A DNA stretch of 64,000 nt from Octopus bimaculoides (Eukaryota): assembly GCF_001194135.2 (NCBI RefSeq), contig NC_068982.1, positions 36,009,931 to 36,073,930 of the forward strand, written 5' to 3'. Each line of letters opens with the position of its first letter. Within the stretch, counting starts at the first letter, position 1. Below, one piece after another: positions 37,087-49,950 of this stretch. A program made the translations under genes and the position numbers. The notes under the pieces were generated by a model. That model saw nothing but the letters and a program-made list of their open reading frames with translations, ran no database searches and was not told the DNA's origin.

Positions 37087-40000
37087 TATGTATGTATTTA
37101 TATATACACAACAGGCTTCTACACAGTTTCTATTTACCAAATTCACTCATAAGGCATTGGTTGACCCAAAGCTACATTAGAGATACTTGTCCAAAGTGTT
37201 GCATAGTAGGACTGAACCTGAAACCATGTGGTTGCAAAGTGAGCTTTTTAACCACACAGCTTGCCCAGTTTGTTCCTCTATGCATGTAAATTTTGATGGT
37301 GGCCTAAGTAGTAATAGGTACGTGTATGCTATTGCATGTAGATCTGAATTAAATGGAGTGGATAGTATTCTTAGCATGGAATTGTACAAGCAGAGTGGGG
37401 TGTCATAGATGTATCAGGGTATTTAGTGATGTAGTGCCAGGGACTGTGGGTTGTAACTTACTTAACAATGAACTAGAGGCAATTCTATGTAGTTACTTCA
37501 CCTGATATAAATAGCAGCCTAATTTTCTTTAAACTACTTTCTACTGTTTGATGCCTGAATGTTTGAGATGAATTATAAATAAATTTAGGACTATTAACCC
37601 CATTTTTTGAGATGAAAAAAATCTTCCAACATTTGCAGATACTTATTCAAATATTGAATACTGTTTCCTCTCTGAAAACAAGGCTTAACCCTTTTTTCTT
37701 AACCAGATTTCTGTTGAACCACACAGCATTTGTTTCAATTAATTTTGAAAATAATGAAGAATTTGGTAAAACATCTTGGTTGTTACTAAGCTAGTCACTG
37801 GAACATAAACTAACAAGGAATTTTAATTTAGATCACTTTATATAGAAAGTTTGTTTCATAGAAATAGGGGCAGTCTAGGTTGTATCAAAAGAGTTAATGT
37901 CTGAAAAATTATGTTCCTGTCTGAAAAATTATATTACTGTCTTAAAAAAAAAAAAAAGAAAAGGAAAGCACACTGAAGAATTTAATTCTATTCTTTCTTC
38001 CCGCTATAAACATTTATGTATCCTTCCCATTATAAACATTCATGTATCTTCTTGGGAAACTTCTATTATCATCATCATCATCATCATCGTTTAACGTCCG
38101 CTTTCCATGCTAGCATGGGTTGGACGATTTGACTGAGGACTGGAGCAACCGGATGGCTACACCAGGCTCCAATCTAATTATGTAAAGTTGAAATATTTTT
38201 TCTTACTTTCAATGCCAACAATGACACCAGAACAAAGAGGGTTTATATGTCAATGCTTGCTGACATATAACAGTGACCAGGTTTTCGTTATAGTAGAAAT
38301 ATGGATTTCTTACATGAACCAAAGAAATGTTTAGAGGAAGAGAAATAATCTAGCATTTTTAAGAGCATCAATAATCAGCGAGGTGAGATATTTACAGTTG
38401 AAAACAAAGCTGAGTGGGAAACTTGGTTTGCAAAGAACTTCTTATCTACTGTACTTGCCATAATTAACAGAAATACAGAAGTATCTTGCAAGATTGATGG
38501 CTTTAATAATCATCATCATCATTTAACATCTGTTTTCCATGCTGGCATGGGTCAGACAATTTGCCTGGAGATAATAAGCTGGAGAGTTGCACCAGGCTCC
38601 AGTCTGTTTTGGCTTGGTTTCAATGGCCGGATGCTCTTCCTAACACCAACCACTCCACAGAGCATACTGGATGTCTTTTACTTGTCACTGGCATGGGTGC
38701 CTTTTATGTGTCACTGACACAGGTACCTTTTATGTGTCACCAGCACAAGTGTCTTTCACGTGTCACCACCACAGGTGCCTTTTATGTAGTATTTAAAAAC
38801 TGTTGGAATCTATCAGATGAAATAGATTTACCTAATAACATACAACTAGTTTATAAATAGTTTTATTCACTTGATCCTCCATTCCGTCTCGTCATCATTA
38901 ATATGGCTTTCATTCTGAAATATCTGTATTATAGAGTCTTTCAAGTGACTCGATCTTGTATCATTGTCACTGAGGCTTAATGCTTTCAGATATGACTTCA
39001 TGTCTTCCTTTCTAAGATTCCTCTTGCAAATATCTTCTATGACTAACTCATATTTTTTTCACTCAGAATGCATCATCCAATTCCATTATGCCTATACAAG
39101 TACAGTCATTTCTCCTTCACATATCAGTTCATGCTTTTCAAAATCAGTTGCTTTCTCAACTCACTTGCACTGAACCATTTTTATAAGATAATGTTACACA
39201 TCTGATATCTAATATTAAACTGAATTTTTTCTAATCACTACAAATCCTCTATATTCACTCCCCATTTCACTGTTATTTGGCATTACAGTGCTTATGTATG
39301 CCTTATAGCCTGTCTTTTAAGCTGAAAGTGAAGTGCTTTGTTATCTCAAAAGTTAGTAAGTTAGTAAAATGTAAAGTATTTTCGATATTATTTCCAAGAG
39401 AGACATTCATAAATCTATCAACAATAACCTTTAAAAATTTTGCTACTCTTAAAGTTTTAACAATAATAAATAAAACTGCACTGTTTCAAGAAAACCATGA
39501 TTAAAAACAAACAGTAATTTGAATATAAAATACTTCTCCACTGAAGTAGCAAGGTTCAAAATTAAACAACAGGAGTGCAAAATATATGTAGAATTAATTA
39601 ATCAATTTATGTTAAGGTTGCAATTGAATATTTGCTGAACAATGAAACCACATGCTTATTATAGAAGTCTTATAACTCAGTAGAGAGTATGGACATGATC
39701 TGTAAACTTCTTAAATGTGTATGGAGCAAGTTAACTTAGTAGAGCTAATTTTGATCCAAGTGACATAAATAGGAAGATTTACATTCACTATTGCAAGTCA
39801 ACGAAACAGTACTTCTAATATTTATAACATGATTTATATTTTTAAAACTTGTATCTACGTGAAGCAGTTGTCATTTGAACCAGATCAAGGATTTTGCTTG
39901 TTTGGCGATTACTTTCAATGACATATGTTAAATATGTTAATATTGATGATGTGTAATAAGTGAGAATGTGCTATAAGAATGTAGAAGAGAGGAGACAAGT

Positions 40001-41403
40001 TAGAACAGTGGTTCATATAAAATTCTGTTAAAATATATGTGAAATAAATTGCTTAAACTTCTACAATACACAAAATATTAAAATTTTTTAAAAATACAAT
40101 TCCTATTAATATCTAATTATAAAAATACAGTAGGATTTTTTGTTATATTCATTGAATGGCTATGAAGATCTAATAGAGTAAAATAGGAATCAAAGAGGTC
40201 CATGGACAAAAAATGGTCCACTGAGTTAGAAGTAGATCCACAAATTATTTAAGACTTTATGAAAGCAGTTCTCCTGCATGCTGAAGAAACTAGAGCTGTT
40301 ACTAGTAAGACTATTCTAACCAATTTAACACGTTTTATTATTATTATTATTATTGAGTGAGAGAGCAGTGCATGCCATCAAAGTGACACTGGGGTAAAAT
40401 ATACGAAGCCCATTATACCCATCATGACTACCCGTCTGATAAGGGTACACCAGGCACATTGATTGATAATATTGAACTTATCATAATATTGAATAAAGTC
40501 TCAAAAAGTCACATAATCATCATCTATAATTTCTGAAGTTCACTTTCCTATATATGTGTAAGTCAAATGGAAATCATTGAGGTAGATTGTTATGGCTAAT
40601 GCTCTTCCTATTGCAAACTGTCACCTGTTTTCAAGCAATTTTGTTCATAAAGTTTAAATTTCTTACACCTGTATCAGCTTGCACTACATGTAAGCATAGC
40701 TCAAATCTTGTCTCATCATTAATGCTAAAGTTAGGCTTTTTTGCAATCACTTATACTACATTTCCAATAAACCTAGCTCATTCTATTTTTCTTTTTTTGA
40801 GCTCTTTGCAAATCTTGGTTTATTTTAAGGCAATTTCATAAGATGTCATTATGTATTATCATTGGGAAAACGTGTACGTAACCAATTACAAACTCTTTTG
40901 AACACTAGCTGCATGGATATAATCAGCTGATCGCTTCAGACAGTTAATGACTGTATATTTGAACAAAAAATATACTCTGTTTTTAACTTATAGCCACATG
41001 ACTCTTACAGAAAGGTGTTATCTTCAACTACTTAATAGTAGTATGTAATAGGACAATAAACTTAAATCTTTCTTTGAAATATTATGTTCAGCATTGAAAT
41101 AAAGATGCTGTTAATCTGGAAGCTTGTTCTCAAGACTAGAGATGACTGGGATGAATATTAGCATCTTGCTGTTTATGTTTAATTCATTTAACATTTCTAC
41201 AATCAAATTTTTGCTTCTTAATTACAATCAGGCCCCCAGCTATTATATCAGCAATCATCTGCTGTTTCCATGCGTGACATCACGTGTGAAATTGTAGTAA
41301 CTTATAGTATCAATGAAATAAATTCTATATAATTCCATTAACACATCATTCAAATTTTACTGGATCAATTCTTTTTTCTCTTGTTGTCCAACCTGTTTAA
41401 AGC

Positions 41404-41451
<48 letters not shown>

Positions 41452-42080
41452 NNNNNNNNNNNNNNNNNNNNNNNNNNNNNNNNNNNNNNNNNNNNNNNNN
41501 NNNNNNNNNNNNNNNNNNNNNNNNNNNNNNNNNNNNNNNNNNNNNNNNNNNNNNNNNNNNNNNNNNNNNNNNNNNNNNNNNNNNNNNNNNNNNNNNNNNN
41601 NNNNNNNNNNNNNNNNNNNNNNNNNNNNNNNNNNNNNNNNNNNNNNNNNNNNNNNNNNNNNNNNNNNNNNNNNNNNNNNNNNNNNNNNNNNNNNNNNNNN
41701 NNNNNNNNNNNNNNNNNNNNNNNNNNNNNNNNNNNNNNNNNNNNNNNNNNNNNNNNNNNNNNNNNNNNNNNNNNNNNNNNNNNNNNNNNNNNNNNNNNNN
41801 NNNNNNNNNNNNNNNNNNNNNNNNNNNNNNNNNNNNNNNNNNNNNNNNNNNNNNNNNNNNNNNNNNNNNNNNNNNNNNNNNNNNNNNNNNNNNNNNNNNN
41901 NNNNNNNNNNNNNNNNNNNNNNNNNNNNNNNNNNNNNNNNNNNNNNNNNNNNNNNNNNNNNNNNNNNNNNNNNNNNNNNNNNNNNNNNNNNNNNNNNNNN
42001 NNNNNNNNNNNNNNNNNNNNNNNNNNNNNNNNNNNNNNNNNNNNNNNNNNNNNNNNNNNNNNNNNNNNNNNNNNNNNNNN
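41452..42080. other. Assembly gap (N run)
   Basis: N bases following a (TA)n tract. Confidence 1.
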
Positions 42081-42099
42081 CAGCAATGTACAACTAGCA

Positions 42100-42630
42100 T
42101 AATAATAGTTTTAAGAGAAAACAAACAATTGTAGCAGTCGTGATCGTTCCGATGAGGAGATTGAGGGTCAATGAAGTTAGCAGCATACAGGGAAAAGAAT
42201 CTGTTTCCATCTCAACTTCAATATTATTGTTTATATGGTATAATAATAAAAAGCAACTTTCTCACGCGTTTGTCTACTTAAAAAATGCTCTTAGAAAAAA
42301 CAAACAAACAATTAAAATAAGTTAATGAACAACGTCGAAAAATGAATGAAAAACTGGCAAATTTATTATATTATGACGATTGAAGAAGCAGGGTTAGGAA
42401 AGAGGCAACTTGACTAGCTTTTATCAACAACGTATTTACTTTACATTACAATAGATAGGATAACAAACAATAGAATAGGTTTCAGACCGAAATATCAACA
42501 GATCAAGAATTATATATACAAAATCATCAGCTATAGCTTAAATTCTGTAAATGTCAAAAATATATATTCAATAGAGGGAGCGTGGTTTTCACATTGAAAG
42601 CGAATTTTACAAAATTAATGACAGTTTAAC

Positions 42631-42669
<39 letters not shown>

Positions 42670-43580
42670 CACGCACATACTAGAAAATTCCTCACATTAA
42701 TGAATCCGTTGAATTTTGCAATGAGATTCTTTCACACCTTTCTATGAAATCTATCCAAAACATCGAAAGGATTACTCATAATGAAAAGAAGCGACAATAC
42801 ATTCTGATCGGAAAATAATAATAGGAATAAATTAAATATATAAAGGGGTTGTGAGTCAAGTTGTGTCATTCCTATTGCCAAATTGTTTATAAAAAAGACT
42901 TAAGAATTCGTCAGCAGTGATTACGACAGTGGCGGGATACTACTATCTTCCCGAAAGGGGGATGTGTAACGAATAACAAAACTTCATAATACAAAATGAA
43001 AAAAACGACTTTTAAGGCTATTTCAAGGATACGTTTTTTTTTTAAGGAATACACAGTAAATTTGCCATTATAATTAGCAGCTCTTGTGATGCGGCATAGT
43101 AGCTCGCACATATACGCAGAACGTGGTATCATAAAAAAATATAACACATACATGTAGTAACTTGAGAAAGCGTAGGGTGATGCAGGTAGACATTTATGTA
43201 TATAATATGATTTATAGCCATTCTTTAGTGAATATAACTTACCCTCCATAGAGACTGTTTCCGCCTCGCTTTGTTGTTGTCATATGAACTATCATAGTTT
43301 ATGTCGACAGCAAAATTCTCCTTAACATACGCGCTGCTCATCGTCGAGCGACTCACTAACAGCCGGCTACACTATTTACTTGCTCTTGTTTTCACTCTTG
43401 TTTCCACATTTAGTATCCGCAAGAGGGCGTCCCACAAAGTGCTGATTAAATTTTTTTTTTTTTCTTATTCACATTGAGCAAAATCAATATAGCAGGTATC
43501 TCATAAGTTAGACAGCTTTTGTTAATACATTAATGCTTAAATGCAGTCTTAAGGAGCACACACAAACACATATATATATG

Positions 43581-43623
<43 letters not shown>

Positions 43624-43800
43624 CAAACATTGAAAGACACAAAGAAGGAGTAAACATATGGACAAGTTTATATCTTCTGAACAGCAAATAGCCAAGATTG
43701 ACTGCAAAAACCTATGACGTGGAAAAGAAAAATCCCTACAAAAACAAGAAAAAGGCCAACAATGATGAAAAGCTTCCAAACGGGCTTACCAAACATATTT
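42100..43800. promoter_or_regulatory. CpG-retaining promoter / first-exon domain of MAN1B1
   Basis: CpGs are visibly frequent here (e.g. ccgcctcgc, tcgtcgagcg, agccggct, tatccgc, gggcgt) versus the CpG-poor gene body. Surrounds exon 1. The TSS is not located. Confidence 0.5.
43243..43341 (-). CDS. MAN1B1: MAN1B1 coding exon 1 (cytosolic tail, MSSAYVKENFAVDINYDSSYDNNKARRKQSLWR)
   Basis: ATG at 43341 with A at -3 and an upstream in-frame TAG. Ends AGG|GTAAGT, 99 nt, phase 0. YDNNK..RRKQSLWR matches the recalled vertebrate NYDNSKSWRRRSCWR. Below the ORF-track length cutoff. Confidence 0.9.
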
Positions 43801-44825
43801 TCATGAAAGTACCAGATTTAGCAAAATAAAAGTACCAAATTTTGCTCAAAAAATACCAAAAATCTGTTGAAAAGCATTGTATATATTATTCATAATGTAC
43901 AGGGCTTTATTTTAAAGTGACTACACATTTAATGTACTAACTTTATAATTAGAAGGTTGTGTCATCGACAGGGTGAAGTTCCTCTTTGTACCAATGTCCT
44001 TGTCCTTCTTTTAATTTAGCACTAAGATCTGCATTGGATGTATAAGTCATGCAGTTTACATCATGAAAAGACGTTTTGAATGTAGCAGAGCATTGATTGT
44101 TTGGGTATGCCATTTAGACCTATTCTTGGCTTTAATGTTATTTAGGACTGAAAATATTTTCTTGGTTGCAACTGAAGAATGTGGCAATGATAGGAGCTGA
44201 AACAAAAAGCATGATCGAGCCAGATAACGAGCTTCATCTCCACATTTTTCCTTAGAAATTTTATACCTATAATCTTCTGGTTTGGTAGCTTCAGATATAT
44301 CATTGTTATCTTGAAGTTTAAGCTCTCTCTATTCTTTATTAAGAGCTTCAATCTGACTCTCCTGAACAATATTTGGAAATTTGCATGCCAGAGGAACAAT
44401 TCAACTTGGACCAATGCGATCACGAATGCTAACTGGTTCTAGTGCCTCTAGAAGTTTCAGATTACAGAAGAAATCATGTGCAAAGAAGAGCTGAAAAAAT
44501 TCCTCCAAGGTGTACATAAAAATTTGATGTTTACACATGAAATTTTTTCAATTCAGTTGTACTAATAGATGAAGCTTTCTTTATGTAGATGCTTTCAACT
44601 TTTGCTCCTCTGTAAATTTCAGTTATGGGAAGATACACTGATGGATCTTTGATGTTAATTTCATGTAGCTCTTTATTTTTCACAATTTCTTTTTTAACAA
44701 AATTGCTAAGTATTCCCTTAATAGTACATGTAATAGATTTGTGCAGTTTGTGCATAGTACCAAAAGTATGACTGCACACCAAAAGTACCAAATTTGGTAC
44801 AATAGTACCAGGTTCGGCAAGCTTG
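43781..44825 (-). mobile_element. hAT transposon, internally deleted, transposase C-terminal remnant
   Basis: Exact 8-bp TSD CTTCCAAA (43773-43780, 44826-44833). Imperfect TIRs CGGGCTTACCAAAC / CAAGCTTGCCGAAC. Minus-strand decayed reading IVPLACKFPNIV..LSLPHSSVATKKIFSVLNNIKAKNR..TINALLHSK matches the hAT dimerisation domain. Confidence 0.9.
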
Positions 44826-44863
44826 CTTCCAAAGTGATGATAAATCATCAATTAATTAATAAT

Positions 44864-45289
44864 GGTTTTATATTTTGGCACAAGGCCAGCAATTTCAGGG
44901 AGGGGATAAGTCAATTACATTGACTCCAGTGTTCAACTGGTATTTATTTTATCAATCCTGAAAGGATGAAAAGCAAAGTTGACCTTGGCAGAATTTGAAC
45001 TCAGAACATAAAAAGATGGATGAAATGCCATTAAGCGTTTTGCCCAGATGCTAACAATTCTACCAGCTCACTACCTTATCATCAATTAATAATCCTTTCT
45101 ACTAAAGGCTCAAGGCCTGAAATTTGGGGATAGGGGAATAGTCCTCAACTGGTACTTATTTTATTCACCCTGAAAGGATGAAAGGCAAAGTCAATCTTGG
45201 CAGAATTTGAACTCAGAACATAAAGATGGACAAAATACCACTAAGCATTTTGTCCAGCATGCTAATGATTCTGCCAGCTCACTGCCGTA
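44864..45289 (-). mobile_element. Two tandem copies of the second SINE family
   Basis: Each has AAAGTTGACC/AAAGTCAATCTTGGCAGAATTTGAACTCAGAAC and a GCCAGCTCAC head end; flanked and separated by TCATYAAYTAATAAT-like repeats. Confidence 0.8.
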
Positions 45290-45944
45290 TCATTAACTAA
45301 TAATGATCACAGATTTGTTGCTATTTTTCCCTAGTGGCAAAGAGGAAGGAAGCTTTCATGCTTATTATAGAATGGACTGCTACAGTCTCTCAAAAACTAG
45401 GTGAAAGATTAAATCTACCACCCAAGTAAAAATCATTTTGATTTTTGGCTGTATTACCACAAACTATAAAAAGACATTTATAGTTACACTGTTCTGCTAT
45501 TGTATCAAAGCAACACCATACATTAAATCACCTGATTTTAACTTGAGATGTATTGATTGTCATGGCAACACTGAGTCTAGATATTCAGAAAAATGAATCA
45601 ATTATATCCATAAAATTTTCTTGACATGATTGTGGCATCTTGAACATGGGACATCACAAGTCTGATGGTGACTTTTGGGTTTGATAGGGGTTTGGTTGCT
45701 ATTTCTTGCAGTCTAGCTACCATACAGACTTATCAAAATTTGTAGGTATTTCTATACATGCAGTAAAGATGGCTACTGCACTTGTAGCATTAAGTATGTG
45801 CATATATATGCATTGTTGAATATACTGATAAGTGTCATCAGTTAATCTCATAATCTCTATCCATGTTTATAAAGACACATACATAAACTTGCACATGGGC
45901 AGAGAAATCAATATGTGTGTGTGTGTGAACATATGAAAATATAA

Positions 45945-46340
45945 CTCATGGTTGTGTGGTAAGAAGTTTGCTTCCTAACCACATGGTTCCAGGTTCAGTC
46001 CCACTGCATGGCACCTTGGGCAAATGCCTTCTACTTATAGTCTCAGGTCGACCAAAACTTTGTAAGTGGATCTGATAGGCAGAAACTAAAAGAAGCCCAT
46101 CATGTGTGTGTGTGTGTGTGCATGCGTGCGTGCACATGTGTGTCTTTGAATCTGTGTTTGTCTCCTATCACCACTTGACAACCAGTATTGGTTTGTTTAT
46201 GTTACCATAACTTAGTGGTTAGGCAAAAGCAACTGATACAATAAGTACCAGGCTTTAAAAACCTAAGTCCTGGGGTTGATTCATTCAACTAAAAATTCTT
46301 CAGCATGGCTGCAGTCTAATGACTGAAACAGATTATAGAT
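45945..46340 (+). mobile_element. Abundant SINE, full length
   Basis: Same head, microsatellite and 3' organisation. Confidence 0.8.
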
Positions 46341-46648
46341 AAAAGATATAAATCAGAATAAAAAAAAAAATGATAAATTTCTTTATAGTTAACGTGTGTA
46401 TATGAAACACAAAGAATTTGTACTTGAATTTGGTTGAAGCCATGTGCTAAAAGTTGGATCTAGTTGGATCTATAACTAAGGTTAAAGCATAATGCACCAA
46501 ATATTCACACATAGTATGTAGGTGTGGCTATGTGGATAAGAAGTTTGTTTTGAATTCAGTCACCTTAAGCAAGTGTCTTTACTATAGTCCCAGGTTAACC
46601 AAAGGCTTCTGAATGGATTTGATAAAAAAAAAAATTGAGAGAACCCCC

Positions 46649-46696
<48 letters not shown>

Positions 46697-47299
46697 TTGT
46701 CTTGGTAGTGCATGGTAGTGTCTTTCTCATGACAAGCAGTGGTCATTCATTTCCAATATTCTTCAAAAACATATCTGACCATGGGGAAATATTACTTTAC
46801 TTGAAAACAAGCAAAGGTCAGCAACAAGAATGTTACCCAGCCATAGAAAATCTGCTTCAATAAACTTTGATGATGAGTTAGGATGTGCTGTGTTAAGTAG
46901 TCACCTGCATCAAATTATTCCTAGAGTTCTTATGACTCTCACACATGGATTTCAGTAACAATGATTGATTTCCATTTTTTTGTTTTTCTTTTGCTGCTTT
47001 CGTGGATTCTCAGGACTCTCTGTCACCATCCAATTCCATCATTATGAATTTGGAGCTTGAACCATAGCGAAACTTTCATTAGCTGATGGATGCCACCCCC
47101 ATGGATTCTTTGCAGTTACTCTCTTGATAGAGCTTGGTGATCCTGACTTTTGATCTCCTAGGATCCTTCCACTCAGCATCAATCTAAGAAGCACCATTGA
47201 CGTAATTGAGCTCTTCCTGTGCCTCTTCACAATCTGCTATGCTGCAGTCTCATGACTTCACCACACCCCAGGCAGGCAGGCTGGCTAAATTGGCCCTAT

Positions 47300-47850
47300 G
47301 CCTTGCCAAAGAGCAGCACATATCTATGCAGGGCATGGTCATTACTCTGTGAGGTATTTTCAAAATACCCACATACCCATCTCTAGTTACTGCAACTCAA
47401 AATTTCTCCACTAGATTTTCTCTTTAGATCCAAGAAATACTTTAGTCCCTATCAGCTGCTGATCCTCTGGAAAACTAAAACAAGACCTATGTTGGAATAC
47501 TTCTCATATCAGTAGTAACCAAATTACTCTCTACTCATACCCTACTGCTGCAGCTACACACACAAACAATTTGAATCACATTTTAAAGAAGGTCATCAAA
47601 TTGATGGGTAAAGATTCAATCACAAACCGGCTTCAACTGTTGACTCACACATTCCCTATTTCTTCTCTCTGCCTCTTCTACAATGGCTTCTGTTCCTCTG
47701 AAGTAACAAGCAGCATATATTCACCCCACTCCACAGCCTTGCATTCCACTCATCTCTCTTCCACCTGTTACCTCTATTATGCCTTTCTCCCCATCTCTGC
47801 ACTAAACACTTTTATGTGTCTTTCCTCATCAGAACTGTAACCTTCTGGAA
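47300..47850 (+). mobile_element. L2/CR1-group RT C-terminal remnant
   Basis: Decayed RPMLEY.SH..LQ.L.H..SSL.LFY...CSSE motifs across frames; boundaries approximate. Confidence 0.55.
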
Positions 47851-48641
47851 TTCTCTCTCTCTGGTCTATTTTTTCTATTGATGTTCAACCTGATCAGCAC
47901 CAGTTACATCAAAGCTCATGGGAACTGCCCCTTCACTTCAGATTTATAAAAAAAATTAAATGAATAAAGGGAGCCACTGTTATATCCATGTTCCACTACA
48001 TTCCACCTCAGTCAGAAAATATTTGTTATTGTTTTTGTTGTTCTTGTTTAGCCCAAGATGAAGCCTGCTCAAACTTGTGATTAATGGTATCTTAATCATG
48101 ACCATCCTGTCTGTTTGTATGTCAGGTTTTATATAATCCAACACTTTTATTGAAGAAAATAGAGTGTGATTTGATTGATGATTTTTAGCTGCTATTTCTA
48201 ACAGTTAAGTTGATTGACCATGTTCAGGTTCCTTCAATAACATGTCATTCAAATAGTAAGATTTAAAGCAGAGATAAAATTGAAGGCAACACACATAAAC
48301 TATACAGAGGACACAGTAATTAAAGAAGCAGCAGATTTAAAAGTTAAGGATAAAGAGAACTACAAATAAAAACAAGAATATTATGAAAAGAAATCACGAT
48401 AGAGGAAGTATTTAAAAATAAATGACAAATCTAATTGTGACATTTTTAATACCCACATGCAGTTGACCTGTTAGAAATCCAACATAAAAATATGAAACAT
48501 AATTTTAGATCAAAATACAATTAAAAATAGATGTGGTTGTGTGATAAGAAGCTTGCCTCCCAACCTCATTGCATGGCACCTTGGGCAAGTGTCTTCTACT
48601 ATAGTTTCAGGTTGACCAGAGCCTTGTAAGTGGATTTTGTA

Positions 48642-49078
48642 GCGGGTGACACATGAAATTTTTCGAGCGAGATCGTTGCCAGTGCCCCTGGACTGGCTCT
48701 TGTGCGGGTGACACATGAAATGCACCATTTTGAGCATGACCGTTGCCAGTGCCGCCTGGCTGGCCTTCATGGGATTTTCGAGCGAGATCGTTGCCAGTGT
48801 CCCTGGACTGGCTCTTGTGTGGGTGGCACATAAAATACACCATTTTGAGCGTGGCCGTTGCCAGTACCGCCTGACTGGCCTTTGTGCGAGTGACACGTAA
48901 AAGCACCCACTACACTCTCTGAGTGGTTGGTGTTAGGAAGGGCATCCAGCTGTAGAAACTCTGCCAAATCAGATTGGAGCCTGGTGTAGCCATCTGGTTT
49001 CACCAGTCCTCAGTCAAATCGTCCAACCCATGCTAGCATGGAAAGCGGACGTTAAACGATGATGATGATGATGACGAC
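48642..49078 (+). mobile_element. GAT-tailed RTE-type 3' end with internal tandem repeats (family also at ~20195, 24231, 24872, 36680, 38066, 38508, 49920, 54800, 61590)
   Basis: ...GGAAGGGCATCCAGCTGTAGAAAC...CCAACCCATGCTAGCATGGAAAGCGGACGTTAAAC(GAT)n. The tail matches the ends of the RTE remnants at 12080-12128 and 29425-29470. Confidence 0.8.
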
Positions 49079-49811
49079 GACGAGCTTCTTTCAGTTTCCG
49101 TCTACCAAATCCACTCACAAGGATTTGGTCAACCTGAGGCTATAGTAGAAGACACTTGCCCAAGGTACCATGCAGCAGGATTGAACTTGGAACCATGTGA
49201 TTGGTAAGCAAGCTACTTACCACACAGCCACTCCTGCACCTATGCATATCTATGTGTGTGTGTGTGTGTCTTTCTGTCCGTGTTTGTCCTCCCATCACCA
49301 CTTGACAACTGGTGTTGGTGTGTTTGCATCCCTGTAAATTAGTGGTTCAGCAAAAGAGACTCATAGAATAAGTACCAAGCTTAAAACATAAGTACTAGGG
49401 GCGATTCATTTGAGTAATAATTCTAGGCAGTGCCCTTAGCATGGTTGCAGTCTAATGACTGCAACAAATAACATACAAAAAACAAAAAAAAAAACAAACA
49501 AAAAAACAGATAAAAGAATGCAAGGAGATTCATCTTTGCTGTTAAATCACTAATGATACAATTCTTAAGTACTTTAAAATTTTAAAAATTATTTGTAGCA
49601 GTTTGAGGTATTTATTCCTGGTACAGATTTTTCTTATGATGAGTATGTGCTTGTGTTAAGCCCCTGTTATTTACATTTAAGTGGGTGGACTGCTATTTTA
49701 ATGTTGCACATTCTATGGATGATGAGAAATTTATTAGACTTGTCAATCAAACTTAGGAGGTGACTCATTCACCAATTGACTATACTGAAAGTATGTGACA
49801 GTCCAGATATT

Positions 49812-49950
49812 GTTCTTCTTCTTCTTCCTCCTCCTCCTCTTGCTCTTCTTGCTTCTCCTCCTCTTGCTCTTCTTGCTTCTCCTACTCCTCCTCCATTGTC
49901 ATCATTGTCATCATCATCATAATTGTTGCCATCATCATCATCATCATCAT
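49812..49950. repeat. (CTT)/(CCT)/(CAT) trinucleotide cluster
   Basis: Direct reading. Confidence 0.9.

Noticed and set aside
42094-42210. 38-aa hydrophobic minus-strand ORF (METDSFPCMLLTSLTLNLLIGTITTATIVCFLLKLLLC) in intron 1
   Set aside because: Short hydrophobic ORFs arise readily in T-rich DNA; no splice or homology support, and exons 1 and 2 already join seamlessly.
48642-48900. Repeat-spacer-like array resembling CRISPR
   Set aside because: The inter-repeat segments are themselves repeated and alternate, the array lies inside a eukaryotic retroelement end, and there are no cas genes.
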